Translations under genes and position numbers: made by a program
Source: Azolla caroliniana
Taxonomy: Eukaryota > Plantae > Polypodiophyta
Length of the DNA: 64,000 bases
Assembly: GCA_043228905.1 (NCBI GenBank)
Contig: JBHGNT010000017.1
Coordinates: 7,378,001-7,442,000, forward strand
Reading direction: 5' to 3'
Part shown: positions 25,701-40,000 of the stretch, piece by piece
How positions within the stretch are numbered: position 1 is the stretch's first letter
Layout of the letters: every line of letters begins with the position of its first letter
Notes under the pieces: model-generated
Databases searched by the model: none
Told to the model about the DNA's origin: nothing
Seen by the model: only the letters and a program-made list of their open reading frames with translations

Positions 25701-27138
25701 GGGAGCAATCAAGCAGAGATCGGAAAGCTCAAGCGGAGCCTTCACGCAAAATTCACGATGAAGGAACTAGGACAAGCCCGACACATATTGAGCATGAGGA
25801 TAGAGAGAAATCGGACGACCAGGACTCTCCAACTCTCCCAGTCCGACTACATCCGCAAGGTGCTGAAGCGCTTGAACATGGAGAATGCAAAGCCAACACC
25901 AACATTGCTTCCGACGTCGATCAGACTATTGGGCAGAGACTCTCCTGCAACCAACAAGGAGAGAGAGCTTAATGGAAAGATACCCTACCCATCGGCAATA
26001 AGAAGTATCATGTACGCAATTGTGGCGACCCGACCCGACCTAGCCTATGCCGTAGGGGTGATCAGCCGGTACATGTCAAACCCAAGAAAGAAGCATTGGG
26101 AGGCCGTCAAGCACATCCTTAGGTATTGGAAAGGAACCATGGATGCACAGTTGACATTCGGTTCGACAACATCAACCGAAGTCGAAGGCTACACCGATTC
26201 CGACTATGCCGGAAACACGGACAATCGGAAATCGACATCAGGCTACATATTCACCTACGGTGGCGGTGTGATATCATGGAGGTCGAAACTTCAAGAGTGC
26301 ACAGCTTTGTCTACCATAGAAGCCGAGTATATAGCAACATCAGAAGCAGCGAAGGAAGCGATCTAGCTACACCGACTAACTACCGACTTCGGAATTGCAA
26401 ACCGAATAGACCGACCATCTATTGCGACTCATAGATCGCAATACACCTCATCAACAACACTGTCTATCATGCGAAGACGAAGCATATTGAGGTGCGGTAT
26501 CATCATATCCGGGAGCTCGTAACAGAGAATAAGCTTGAAGTCCGGAAGATCGACACCGAGGTGAGCATCGTCGATTGCCTAACGAAGTTACTCCCAGATC
26601 AACGCTTTGGAACACTAAGGACGAAGATGGGACTACGACAAGCGACCGCAGAAGAAAGCCGAACGAGGAGCGGAAGGTAAGAGCTGATCGACACTCATAC
26701 TATACCTTTTCCGACTCAGCTACTTGCCGACAGACATGTAATATAAAATCTAGTTAAATTTGTAATCTAGGTTTATGGGGGAGATAACCCCAAACATTTG
26801 TAATTGTACAAAAGAGTAGTCCTTTTACGGGGGAGTTTGTTGGTATAAAAGGCCGACTCCTTCCACCTTGTATCTGTCCGAGTGTGAACTCGACAATAAG
26901 TTAGGGCTTAGTATATAAGAGAATACCTAACATTGTAATGAGTGATAAAAAAAAGACGATTGTAATCTCTGAGAGAGAGAAAACGCGTTGTGCAGAAATA
27001 AGAAGCTTTCCATTAAAGCTTGCAACTGTGTAAGTCTAAATTTGCCTTCTCTATCTTCTATGTGACATATGTTGTTTGATGTTCATCGCCATAAGATCCG
27101 AACACACACTTCCGCATAATTGTAGACATTAACCAACA
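22782..27138 (+). mobile_element. Ty1/copia element I inserted in D RNase H
   Basis: LTRs 22782-23063 and 26838-27138; PBS TGGTATCGGAGC; PPT GGGGGAG; TSD GTACT/ATACT; gag MASTSRIGVEIRKFDGKNFALWK, PR WLLDSGATFH, INT LRSDNGGEY and YTPMQNGVAERINR. Confidence 0.93.
25104..26366 (+). pseudogene. Copia reverse transcriptase / RNase H segment of element I
   Basis: 420-aa ORF with [30 protein letters not shown] (catalytic YVDD mutated) and YTDSDYAG; upstream frames are disrupted. Confidence 0.92.
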
Positions 27139-29175
27139 ATACTCTGCTTCCGTTTTCGACAATGCAATGGACTTTTGCAGCCTCGATTGCCACGATACGG
27201 CTCCCACTGCATATGTCATAACGTATCTGGATGTAGACCGGCTGGTATTTACATCAACCGATATATCTGAATCTGTGAATCCTTTGAGTTGGAGTTTACC
27301 TAAGCCGAATCGGAGGCACATAATCGAGGTGCTTTTCAGGTACCGGAGTATCCATTTGACTGCGGACTAGTGCTCTCTTCCCAGATTTCTCATGAACCGG
27401 CTGACCACTCCGACAACATATCCGATGTCCGGATAGGTACACACCATTGCGTACATCAAGCTTCCGAAGACAAAGCAATATGGTATCTCCATCATCTTCG
27501 ACTTCTTTTCCTTTGTCTTCGGGCTCTGCTTCCCGGATAGCTTGCAGTTTGTTGGAAGTGTCGACCTGACCGACTTAGGTTCAGACATGCTAAACCTTTG
27601 AAGTACCATTGTCACGTATTTCTCCTATGATAGCCACGACTGTTTCATCGACCGGTCCCGGGCATCCCCAATATCTGTCTCACCGAACCTAGATCTTAAA
27701 TTGAGAATGTCCGGTTGAAGGCCTTCTCTAGATGGATGATTTTGATCAGGTCCGGTCCAACGATCAACATGTCATCCACATATAGCAGGAGTATCAGGAA
27801 GTGTCCTCCGTTGAAATTCTTCACAAATACATAGTGGTCGGCCTGCATCTTGTGGTATCCTTGATCGGTCATGAAGGAGTCGAACTTCCGGTACCATTGA
27901 TGGGGAGCTTGCTTCAGTCTGTATAAGCTCTTCTTCAACCGGTATACCAGGTGCTCCTTCCCTTTCTTGAGAAATCCCTCCCATTGTTGCATGTAGATCT
28001 CTTCTTTGAGGTCACCATGCAGGAACATCGTCTTGACATCTAAATGTTTCACCTTGAGGTCCATGCTTGGCACTATCCTCAACACAATCCGGATGGTTGT
28101 TATCTTTAGTACCGGGGCAAAGATCTCATCGATATCCACTCCCGGTTGTCATCTTTAGTACCAAGGCTTTGTGTCTTGGTGGATTTCTAACATCTCCCGG
28201 TTTCAGCTTGTACACCCACTTGTTTCATAGTGCTCTCTTTCCTTTCGGCAGCTCCATCATTTCATATGTGTGGTTCTCATGTAGGGAATCAAATCTTGTC
28301 CTGCATGGCACTTAACCACTTGCGGTTGTGGGTATCTTTCTTTGCTTCTTCGAAGCTTTCCGGCTACCCCTCGTCAGTCAGCAACACATGCTCTCATCTA
28401 GAAAACTCTGGGGGCCTTTTCTCTCCCTGAGGGGATATTTTCTTCCTTGGTCTTCGGTCACCGGTTCCTCCGTTTGTTCTTCATCCGAATCTGATTTGGG
28501 GTCTTCTCCGGTTTTGGTGTCCAATTCTTCTTCTTCGGTTGATTCGGTTTCCGGTTCGAATCTGGCCAATTCTTCGAGTGTCATCCCACTTCCAGCCGGA
28601 TGGGCCCTTGTATCTTCCGACTGATCTCTGTCGGTTGACCCAGTGTCTACTATCTTCTTCTTCCACTCCTTGTCGCCAATAGTCTTCTCTTTGATGAAGA
28701 CTGTCTTGACTCCGGAACACCTTCTTGTCGACCAAGTTCCACACTCGCTAGTTGAACTCATCATCACCCTATCCAAAGAATATGGATAGCCGGAACTTCA
28801 GATCCAACTTTACTCTCTTGTACTTTGCAACGCACGCAAGACGGCCAAACACCTTTAGATGCCAGTAAGAGCCGTCTTTACCGGTCCATATTCTTTGTGG
28901 TGTGTCTCCATCCAAGGGCGCTGAGGGTGATCTATTAATCACGTACGTCACTGTCCTTAGCGCCTCAACCCAAAACGTCTTGGGCAGCTTAGCATGTTGT
29001 GCTAACATACTCCGAACTCTCTCAATCACAGTCTGGGAAATTCGAGCCATATTCCCTTCGATCGGCAGTACTCCTCAAACTACCCCCTGTATTCTCCTCC
29101 GTTTTCTACTCGAACAGCCTTCAACTTCCGGCCAGTTTCCCTTTCCACTCTCATGTGGAAGTCCTTGAAAATGGA

Positions 29176-32100
29176 TAATACCTAGTCCTTCATCTTCAAC
29201 GGTGAGACCCACAACTTCTGGTTGTGGTCGTCTATGAAAATCATGAACTACTACGATCTAGCTTGTGACGTCGTGTCCACTTGGCATACATCGCTATGCA
29301 CAAGTTGTAGCGGTGCAGTCCGTCTCGTCGGTGGTCTCGACCGAAAAGAGGTTTGGTTTTGCTTGCCAACCAAACAGGCGGTGCACTTCTCAAGTGTTGT
29401 TGGGGTGGGGGGTGAAGCCTAGAATGGCTTCTCCCCCCTCCCAAGGGGGTTACGATAAAGAGAGAGCTAGAGAGAAATACAAATAGAAAATGACACAAAT
29501 GTGAGAGGGGAAAAATGTATATCCATTAGATGCCCCATAAGGGGTTTATATAATACATAATGTAACGGTAAATAATAACCGTTACAAAAGAGACGACTGT
29601 TACACTCTTGTCACATGCACATAATTGTGAATGTGCTCACACATACTCATCCTCACACACTCATATACATATTAAATATTACACACCACACCATACACAT
29701 TACACCCTATCCATCCCATACACCTATACGGATAACACCTGGCACGCCTGTGGGACAGTGCATTGCACGTTCGACCCACAAACCCATGTCGAGAAAAACT
29801 CTTGTTGACCATAACTCCATTGATCTTCTCTCAAGGTCGGAAATTCCTCGACCAGATTACTGCTCGACGATCGATAACTTCGATCGGAGCCATCTTGACA
29901 CGAACCTTCTCGTTCGGTCAGCATAATCGCACAATTGGATCGTACACCAATTGGTTCGTCCATTGCGACATGGGTAGTGAAAGCGTGTTGTGTGTATTTT
30001 CTGATTACATCATGTGGGTGAGTGTTTATATTTTACTCCCTTTGGTCTTTAAAATTTTGCCCTCTCTGTTTTCTTTTTTGACCCTTGAATTTTGAAAATT
30101 TCATATTATACCCTTGAGCTTTTACAATTTTATCTTTTGCCCTCCGGTTCCTAAAATTGTGATAATGCCCTTTTTGAAAAAAAATTCTCTGCCCCTTTCT
30201 CTTTTCTCTTTGTTTGATTTCTGAAATTTGTATTACAGCCTTTCAATTCTTACGGATGGTGGCAGCGGCGATTCGCATCTCCGCGATGAATATCTTTGCC
30301 TTTGTCACGATGCTTCTTAATTGTTGCCTTCCGGTAGGCTTTCTTCAACTCGTCTGTAGAAGCAGTCTTGGAAACGCCAAGGACTTCATAGTACCTCGCG
30401 AATGAACATTGTGCTGACGGGGATAATAGAGGGAGAAGACGACGGACTGAGGTTCCGGGATTCGGGAAAGTTAGGAAGACCTGATGGGATAGAATTTCAG
30501 ACAGGGAACTGAAAACAGCCGGATCTAGTCTTCAAAACAAGAATCGAAAGATCATGGATTCAGAGATCAAGATGAAGGATTCCAGTTTGCTAGATGAAGA
30601 CAACGGATTAGGGTATCGCAAAGGGAGACGACAGAATAGGAATTCGAAAGAGAAGACGGCCAAGGCAGGAGAGATGACAGTGTAGAATTTGAAACAAAGG
30701 GAGGATGAATTAGGGTTTTGATCAGACACACAAGAGAGATGAGGATGGGGGTCATCACAAAGGGAATAGGAGGAGGCAACATGCTGAGCAAACCACTCTA
30801 CGATGGGATGACCCATCATGGTGGATCTCTTATTTTTCTCGACCACTTTGCCATAGTTATGCTCTATAGCTTTCTCTAACACAAAGACAAAGAGACACAT
30901 GTAGAGAGGGAGAGAGAGATTAGTGTTGGAGACCCCTACATTCCACAGTGGCATCTAGTGAATTAAGAGATATATAAGAAGTATATAATAGAGAGGTGAG
31001 GAAGTTGGGTTTTGAACCCACAATGCAGTGCTTGTAGTGTTAACAACTTACCACTAGGGTAAAGTAATTACGATAAAAAACAAAAAAGAGATTAGTGTTG
31101 GAGAGGGAGAGTGAGGGAGAGAGTGACCTCTTCTCAAGGGAGGTCGTCTGTTCGGGCGTGACAAAAGTGTTGTTGGGGTGGGGGGGGTGAAGCCCAGAAT
31201 GGTTTTGTCCCCCTCCCAAGGGGGTTACGATAAAGAGAGAGCTAGAGAGAAAGACAAATAGAAAATGACACAAATGTGAGAGGGGAAAAATGTATATCCA
31301 TTAGATGCCCTATAAGCGGTTTATATAATACATAATGTGTTGAGAAACAAGCTTAACAAAGGTATGTGATGCTTATGGAGAAATAAGCTATAGTAGCTAA
31401 CTAGCTACTAATGGACATAAAGGTGAAACAACTATTTAGTTACTGAAAGCTATTTAGCTGCAAATAGCTATTTAGCCACTGGCAGCTATTTAGCTGTATG
31501 TATAAGTCACTTATGTACTTAGGTAAAAAGTAAGTAGTACGTAGTAAGAGGAGAAGAGTGAGAGTAGTGCAGCGAGAGTAAGAACAGAAAAAAACAGAAA
31601 ACACACGAGAGCGAGTCAAGCTCTGCATGTAATGCAATAGAAGTTTTTGGACTATGCAGAGGTAAGTCCCCTTCCCCTTCCCCTTTCTGTCTTGAGCACT
31701 AATCGATCCAGCACATCATGATCCGATGTGCACACAGAAGAGCCGTAGTGACTTCTAAACATGATATCAGAGCAAAGTTGCTCATAAAGAAGATTGGAAC
31801 AGTATATAGATTTGAGAAAGGTTGTTTCTCTGCTTGCTGATCTAAATCAGAGAGAGTTTTCTGTGAAGTTAACCCTAGTTGAAAGAGAAAATGGCTATAG
31901 AGAATGGAAGCCAAATAGTCATAGAGAAACTAGATAAAAACAATTTCCCGGTGTCGTGATGTGGTGTGCTCGAGAGTAGGAAAAACTGGCGAAAGTGGGG
32001 GGGTCAAAAATGTGTATGTGCAATGTGTGTACACAAAAGCGATTAGTTGTGCATATGCAAAATAAAAGGGAAAAGAAAGCGTGGAAAGGATGCATAGAAG

Positions 32101-34318
32101 CCTATGCAAAAAGTAAGACAGAAGAGAGATAAAATATAGATGAGAGATAGGCTAAGAATTTATAAAGATAGAATTATATATTGCATAAGAGAGAGTTAGT
32201 GGGCTAGTGGATAATCGCATTGACTACTAGTTAGAGGTGCATGGTTCAAATCTAGTCTTATAGTGTAGCGTGATTTAAGGAATTTTATTCCATTTTCATT
32301 GAAGATAAAATTGGCGACCCCCCTTCTTTTTCTCTTATAAAAGGAGGTCAAGGGGGGCTCATTCGGGGAGGACGTTTTGGGAGGAGGAGACTATCGTCAT
32401 TTTTCCTTTGGAGCTCTTCATCTTGTTATTCACCACTTCTCTTCATCTCATACCCCTTTATCCCCCCATCGCCACGTGCTCATCTTCTTCGCGTCGGCAC
32501 TCGAAGTGCTCTTGAGCCCAAGCTTCGTTGGTTCGACGTTGCTCCGCCCCGTTCGTCGTTGTGAGCCCGTGTGCTCGCCGTTTGGGTGGTCGTGGTTCGT
32601 TGGGATTGGCATTTTGGTGGTGCTCATGTGTTCATCTTCGTTGTGTTCGGATTTGCTCTTGTCTCTAAGGGCATTTAATATTTATGTTTTGATTGAGCTT
32701 GTGGTTAACTATAAGTTGCCATTTTAATCAAACCCTATTTCATAAAGGGTCCTCTTGTGTTGGAATCGAACACGTATTTATCTCTTTCGTCGATATCATT
32801 CGTGTTTCTTTCTCTCCTTCTTTCTTTGTTCGTGTCTTCCTTGTACGTTCAGCCGTCTTGTGACAAGGGAGCATTTCGGGCTTGCCCATGCACCTCTCCT
32901 CCTCATAAAGACGTACGAGCATTTGTGCATGTGTTTGTGTCTTCCTTGTACGTTTGGTCGTCTTGTGACGAGGGACCATTTCGGGCTTGCCCATGCATCT
33001 CTCCTCCTCATAAAGGCGTACGAGCATTTTGTGTGTGTGTTTGTGTCTTCCTTACATGTTCAGTTGTCTCGAGATGAGGGAGTGTTCGGGCTTGCCCATG
33101 CACCTCTCCTCCTCATAAAGGTGAACGAGCATTTTGTGTGTGTGTTTGTGTCTTCCTTGTACGTTCGGTCGTCTTGTGTTGAGGGAGCGTTTCGGGCGTG
33201 CCCATGCACCTCTCCTCCTCATAAAGGCGTACGAGCATTTGTGCGTGTGTTTTGTGTCTTCCTATTACATTCGACGTTTTCTGACGAGGGAGCGTTCAGG
33301 CGTGCCCATGAACCTCTCCTCCTCATAAAGATGTACAGGCATTCAGGTTCGTGTTATCGCCCCCTTGTGCGTTCATCTTGCGTGCTCATCTTGCTTGTAC
33401 CCGTTTGGTCACTTGGCTCGTGCGGTGATCTCGAAAGGTCGACGAGTCGTGATCAACGAGAGCCACCGACCTCACAAAACAAAGGGCAACGAGACCTTGC
33501 TTGGGAAAGGGTCGGGAAGTCGTATTGTCGTAAAGCAAACCTCGGGTCTTCTCTATCCCTTGAGTACTCCCTAGTCCAAGACCCCCGTGGTCCCGCCCAA
33601 GTAACACACGTGCGCGAAACTTCGCGACACCGGCTTGGAAATTCAGAATGACAAACTTCCTTATGGGGAAAGGATACTAGGATTATATTGAAGGATACCT
33701 AGAAGAGGCTCTAGAGATTCCTGAAGAAAATGCATCTACTACACAGATAAAAGCATTTAAGGAATGGAACCAAGGGGCAAGAAAGGTATTGCATTGGTTG
33801 TCACTTAGCATCTCAGATTCGATGGTTGGACACATACAAGATGCTACGCTTCCAAAAGAAGCTTGGAACAGTTTAGTAAAACGGTTTGCAGTGAATACAA
33901 AGGCAAGAAAGCTTAAGTTGAAGACTGAGCTAAATACCTTGGAAAAAGGTAAGATGTCAGTAAATGAGTATGCTCTAAAAATAAAGAGCATATGTGATTC
34001 TATCAATGTGAAGATAGAATATGATGATAAGGTGGAAATATGCTTAAGAGGCTTAGGACCTCAATACAAGAGTTTCAAAACATCTATTCTCACAAGGGAT
34101 AATATCCCAAGTTTTCCAGATCTGGTTTCAACGCTTGTAGTAGAAGAAAGAAATCAAATGGATGATGTAAACAAAGGAAACTCATAGAATGAGGGGCAAG
34201 CCCTCTACAATAGTGCTGGAAGAGGCCGAGGAAGAGGCCATGGAAGATTTGGTTCAGCTAGAACCAACAACAATTATCAAGGAAGAGGACAACAGGCTGT
34301 AAGTGGAAGAAACAACAT
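29176..34318 (+). repeat. Second copy of the 5.1-kb duplicated block
   Basis: Matches 1-5143; this copy continues seamlessly into copia A pol. Confidence 0.97.
31952..33629. mobile_element. 1678-bp TGTCG(T/C)GA-terminated insertion in copia A gag, TSD CCGG
   Basis: Same as 2777-4454. Confidence 0.85.
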
Positions 34319-34532
34319 CAAAGGCAGGGGGAGCAATCGAGGAAGAGGTAAGCAAACCTATTTGAATGATGATGGCTACTGGTATTGTGGAAAACCAAGC
34401 CATACATAGGTTGAATGCTATAAAAAGCAAAATGATGAGAAAAGAGGGAAGAGACAGCAAAATAATTATGCCTCAACTAGTGAAGATTGTAATAAAGAGT
34501 GTGTATTTGTGGTGTAACATGAAACAACAGCA

Positions 34533-36613
34533 ATGGCTGAATGTTCACAGAGATGCAATGAAGAGTTTATGTGGTATGTAGATTCTGGGGCATCTAATCA
34601 TATGATAGGACATAAAAACTGGTTTGAAAGTCTAACAGAATCAAAGATTCTTGGTTATGTACAGATAGGTGATAATCCTTCTCACCAAATAGAGCATGTT
34701 GGAGATATCCCATTGTGGGAAGAAAAAGGAAAAACAAAGTATATGCTAAATGTGATCCATGTTCCAAACCTTGCAAAAAATCTTATTTCTGTTGGACAGA
34801 TAGTAGAGCAAGGAATGCAGGTTAAGTTTAAGCAAAGTGGATGCTTCATAGAGAAAAATGGAAAGCTCATTGCAAAAGGAAAACGAGAAGGAAGGATGTT
34901 TGTGTTAGATGTGGATATGCCTAGGAAGATTACAACCATGTTTACAGAAGGTATGAGTGTAATCTCAGAAGTGGAAATGTGGCATAAAAGAATAGGTCAC
35001 ATAAGTATGCAAACATTGAAAAATATTTTGAGGAAAGATGTAGTGGTTGGACTGCCTAAGTTCAAGGAGTACGAGATGGGAAAAGTATGTGAAGCATTTC
35101 AATATGGAAAGCAAAACAGGTTGCCTTTCCCTCATGAAAGACATGTAAGTAAAAATCTGTTAGATTTGGTACATACGGATGTATGGGGACCAACAAAAAA
35201 TGCAGCTATTGGTGGCTGCAGATTTTATGTAACATTTATTGATGATTGCTCAAGGAAAACATGGGTGTACTTCATGAAAGAAAAAAGTGAAGTATTTGAT
35301 AGCTTCCGTAAGTTTAAATGTATGGTGGAAAAGCAGGCTGGAACTAGAATAAAGTGCTTAAGATCTGATGGAGGAGTACAGTACTTCTCAAATGAGTTTT
35401 CTGATTTTCTCTATGCAATCAAGGAATAAGGAGACAGTTCACATGTAGATATACTCCACAACAAAATGGAGTTGGTGAGAGAAAAAACAGAACTTTGGTG
35501 AACATAGCAAGGGCCTTAATGATAGAAAAAAATATGTCATTGTATTACTGGGCAGAACCTGTAAACACAACAAACTACATTTTAAATAGGTGTATAACAT
35601 CTGGAGTACATGAGGTAACTCCTGAAGAATGTTTCTATGGAAGGAAACCTAGCTTAGGACACTTAAAAGTGTTTGGATTCCTTGCCTATGTCCATGTACC
35701 TGCTAAGGTAAGATGTAAGCTTGATCCAAAAGCTGAAAATTGTGTTTTTGTTGGATATTCAGAGAAGCAAAAAGGGTATAGATGTTATAACCCTTTGACA
35801 AAAAAGATTGTGGTAAGTCGGGATGTAATATTTAATGAGTTGAGCAGCTGGTACAACCCAAAAGAGAATGTAGAAACTAATGAAGATTGTGAAAATGAAG
35901 ACAGAGAAAAATCTGAAAATGGAAGAGATATCCATGGAAATGGAAGCCATGTTGGACAACAAAGTTCAACATCAATGGAATGTAGTGAACCATTTGGAAG
36001 TTCAGGTAGTAAATTTGAATCTAATGCATGGAGTGGAAAACATGCAAGGCAGAAAAAATATGATGCTAAAAAGGGAAAACAGAAGATGCCATAGTATGAA
36101 ATGCTTGATGATGGATCTAGAAACATGGAAGATGTAGATTCAAATACATCATTGGATGATGAGCTTGATATAGGATCCCTGAAAATCCCTAGTATGGAAA
36201 GGGCAATGAAGGATGCAAATCAGAAACTATGAAGATCAGATAGAGAGAAAAAGACTGTTGAAAGATTTGGTTATGACACATATATGGCTATGCATTATGC
36301 ATACTGTCTAAAGTGGTACAAGTCCCTAATCCAAACAACTTTGATGAAGCAAAAGCTGAGAAAAAATGGGTGAATGCAATGCAAGAAGAAATAGATGCAT
36401 TGGCTGAAAACAGAACATGGGATTTGGTAAAGTTACTGAAAGGAAAAAATATGGTAGGTTGCAAATTGGTCTACAAGACAAAGCATGATTCCAATGGAAA
36501 TGTTAGTAGACATAAAGCAAGAGTTGTGGCAAAGGGATATGCCCAGATGCAAGGTATTGATTATGATGAAACATTTGCACCGGTTGCAAAGATATCAACA
36601 TTGAGGACACTAC
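34533..36613 (+). pseudogene. Copia A protease-integrase and start of RT (frameshifted)
   Basis: ORFs 34533-35429, 35495-36094 and 36313 onward carry copia PR, GAG-pre-integrase, rve and RT motifs; RT resumes at 42250 after the gypsy insertion. Confidence 0.92.
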
Positions 36614-37070
36614 TGTCAGGAATAGTACTAAACAGAGAGAGAATTAGTACTAGAGAAGAGAAGTATTATTAGTACTAAGAGGACGGGATTGCGTAAGATT
36701 CCCGAGAGAGGAAGTGAGAAGAGGAGAGAGAAAGAGATAGCGAGAATGAGAGAGAGAGAAAGATGATGACAACAGCTAATATATTATGTGAAAGATAAGT
36801 ACAAAGTGGATAAGAGGCTTAAGACTAGCGTTGAACCAATTTGGTTCAACATAATGCCTAGTGCCTTCTTTTATAGTGTTCTCAGGAGTAATCTTGAAAC
36901 TTCTAGAATGTTCCAGAGAAATCTGGAATATACATTACTTTCTTATAATAAAGCATAAATGAAAATAATATCCTATGAATTACAATAGATGGTGTGATGG
37001 TTAAGAGCTCGACCCATATATCATAAGGTCATGGGTTCGAGTCTTGCCATATCATGACACTATCTCCCCC

Positions 37071-40000
37071 TTAAGACGACAAGTTGAACGAGTCGACGTT
37101 GATTGAGGACCGGGTTTGTCGGGATACTATTGCTGAAAAATTAGCAAGAAGATCCTGAGCATTGGCGACATACTCGACGGGCTCCCAAGTACGTTCGCTT
37201 GGACTATAGTCGTGCCAATCGGCCAATCGACCAAATAGTAAAGTTTGTTGCGAACAAATTTGGTTGAGCATGGCAGCAACTTCATACTCCGGGTCGGCGT
37301 CAAACTCCGTCGGGGGTGGCGGTGGTGTAACACGATTAAGAATGGTGTTTGCTTTATAAGGTTCTAGAAGAGAACAATGGAAGATTGGATGTATCCGAAG
37401 ATGCCGAAGAAGATCAAGGCGGAACGTGACATCATTAACCTTACCGGTAATACGGAAAGGACCGAGTCATCGATAATCCAACTTGTCGCACGGTCGAGTA
37501 GTCTTGATGTGACGACGTAAGAGCCATACTTGATCTCCGATGGCAAAAGAGGAGGGAAGCCGATGACGATCCGCGTAAGTCTTATGTGTCTGTTGAGCAT
37601 GACGAAGATGAGTCGAGAGATCTGTCTGGATCTTGCGTAGACTCTCCAAATGATCCCCAGCACGAGGATTGGTAGGTAGCTCCGGGGTGTCGATCACCGA
37701 CCAGCGAGGATGAGAACCGGTATAAGCGTAGAATGGGGAGACTCGAGTCGAGGAGTGAACAACATTATTATACGCAAACTCCGCAAAATGGAGAATCTCG
37801 GCCCAATCGTCCTGTTGATAACTCAGGAAACACCGGAGATATTGCTCCAGCGTTTGGTTTGTTCGTTCCGCCTGCCCATCGGTCAGAGGATGGTAGCCGG
37901 AGGAGAGGTTGCAAGAGACCTTGAGCATCTTGAAGAGATGCTGCCAAAATTTGGAGACAAATTGTGGTCCTTGGTCACTGATGATACTGTCTGGGAGGCC
38001 ATGATGCCGAAATACCTCACGCATAACAAGGGCGGCGGTTTCCTCGCTAGTGATGGCCTTAGTACACGGCACAAAATGTGCCATCTTTGTATATCGATCG
38101 ATGACGGTTAAGATAGCATCGAACTCCTTCGAGACCAGCAGATCTGTGATAAAATCAAGACAAATAGACTGCCACGACTTACTTGGAATTGGTAAGGGTT
38201 CCAACAGGCCATATGGATGGTGTCGTGGCATATTTTCTCGGCAGCAAGCATCACAGGTCCGAACGTAGTCGTCGACAAAACGGCGCATGTGGGGCCACCA
38301 AAAAGATCGCTGCACTAGCTCCAACATCTTAGTACTACCGAAATGTCCCGCCGTATGGGTGTCGTGACAATTCTGGACGATTTGAAGGCAACAGGAGCAA
38401 TCGGGGACATATATGCGCTTTTTAAAGAATAACAAACCATCATGATATTCGAATTGTCAGTAGTCAATACCTGGTTGTTGAGACTGAGAACAGGATGCCC
38501 GAGAAGTATCAATGTGCGCCAGGATGTCTTGAGCAAAACTATTCGTCTTCAAGTTTGCACGTATGTCATTGGTAATCCGTGAATCCATCGGGGTGTGAAA
38601 AATCCGTGTCGTGTGATCATGTTGGTCCCAAGATTACTTGCTTTTGATTATCAAATGCTGGATCACCAGGACGAGGTGCAAGATATGAACGTCGTGATAG
38701 TGCATCTGCTTTTTCTTGCTGCTTCCCCGGTCAATATGTGATTTTGAAGTTGAAACGCGTGAGGAATTGCGCCCACTGAGCTTGTCGTCGATTTAGTACG
38801 CGAGCGTTCTGGAAATAAGCAAGATTTTTATGATCACTAAAGACAATGACCTGATGTGGAGAGCCCTCTAAGAAATGCCGCCATTGCACAAATGAATCCA
38901 CGATGGCTAATAACTCCTTGTCATGTATTTCGTAGTTGATTTCCGCAACATCGAATTTGCGCGAATGGAAAGCCACAAGATGTAACTCTTCTTTATCTCC
39001 TTGTTGAGAAAGGATGCTACCGAGGGCGAAATCTGATGCGTCGGCCTCCATGATGCATGGTTTGCTTGTATCCACATGAGCTAGAATTGGTGCTGATGTA
39101 AAGGATTTCTTAAGATGCCGAAAAGCCATATCTGCTTCATTGGACCAAAGAAATTCTTGTCCCTTCTTCGTAAGTTGTGTGAGAGGTAAAATAATCTTCG
39201 AGTAATCCTGTATAAACTTACGGTAGAAGTTAGCAAAACCTAGAAAACATTATACATCTCGTACCGACCGTGGAATTTGCCACTCTAGTACAGTTTGGAC
39301 TTTAGCTGGATCCATGGCGATGCCCTTTGAGGAGATGACCTAGCCTAGAAATTCCACTTGCTTGCAGTCAAAGCTACATTTTTCTAGCTTGGCATAAAGA
39401 CCATTCTCGCGGAGTCGCTTTAGTACTAATAGTACATGAGAATCGTGCTCTTCTTGGTTCTTCGAATAAATAAATAGATCATCCAGATAGATGATCAAAT
39501 AGATATCCAAGAGGTCTCTGAATATATCATTTGCCATGTGTTGGAAGATTGCGGGTGCATTGGTTAGGCCGAACGGCATAACAGTATACTCGAAATGCCC
39601 ATACCGCGTGTGAAAGGCGGTCTTCCATTCATCTCCTGGTCGGATCCGCACGAGGTTATACGCTCCTCGTAGATCGATTTTGGTAAAAAACTTGGCAGCA
39701 TTAACTCGCTCTAAAAGACTTGATATAAGAGGAAGTGCATACCTATTCCGGATGGTGACCTTATTCAATCCGCGGTAATCAACGACGAGACGAAGTGAGC
39801 CATCTTTCTTCTTGACAAAGAAGATGGGTGCACCGGCCGGAGATTTTGAATGACGGATGAACCCGCTTGCCAAGTTCTCCTCTATGTAGGCTCAAAGGAC
39901 TTCTAACTCGGTGGGTGACAAGTTGTAAATTGGTCCCCATGGTGGCTCGGTTCCTGGTTGTAAATTGATGGGACAGTCATAGGGACGGTGATGAGGAAGG

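Noticed and set aside
36987-37050. Bona fide tRNA gene
   Set aside because: A and B boxes are present, but I cannot fold a convincing acceptor stem or canonical anticodon loop, so it is reported only as a tRNA-like module.
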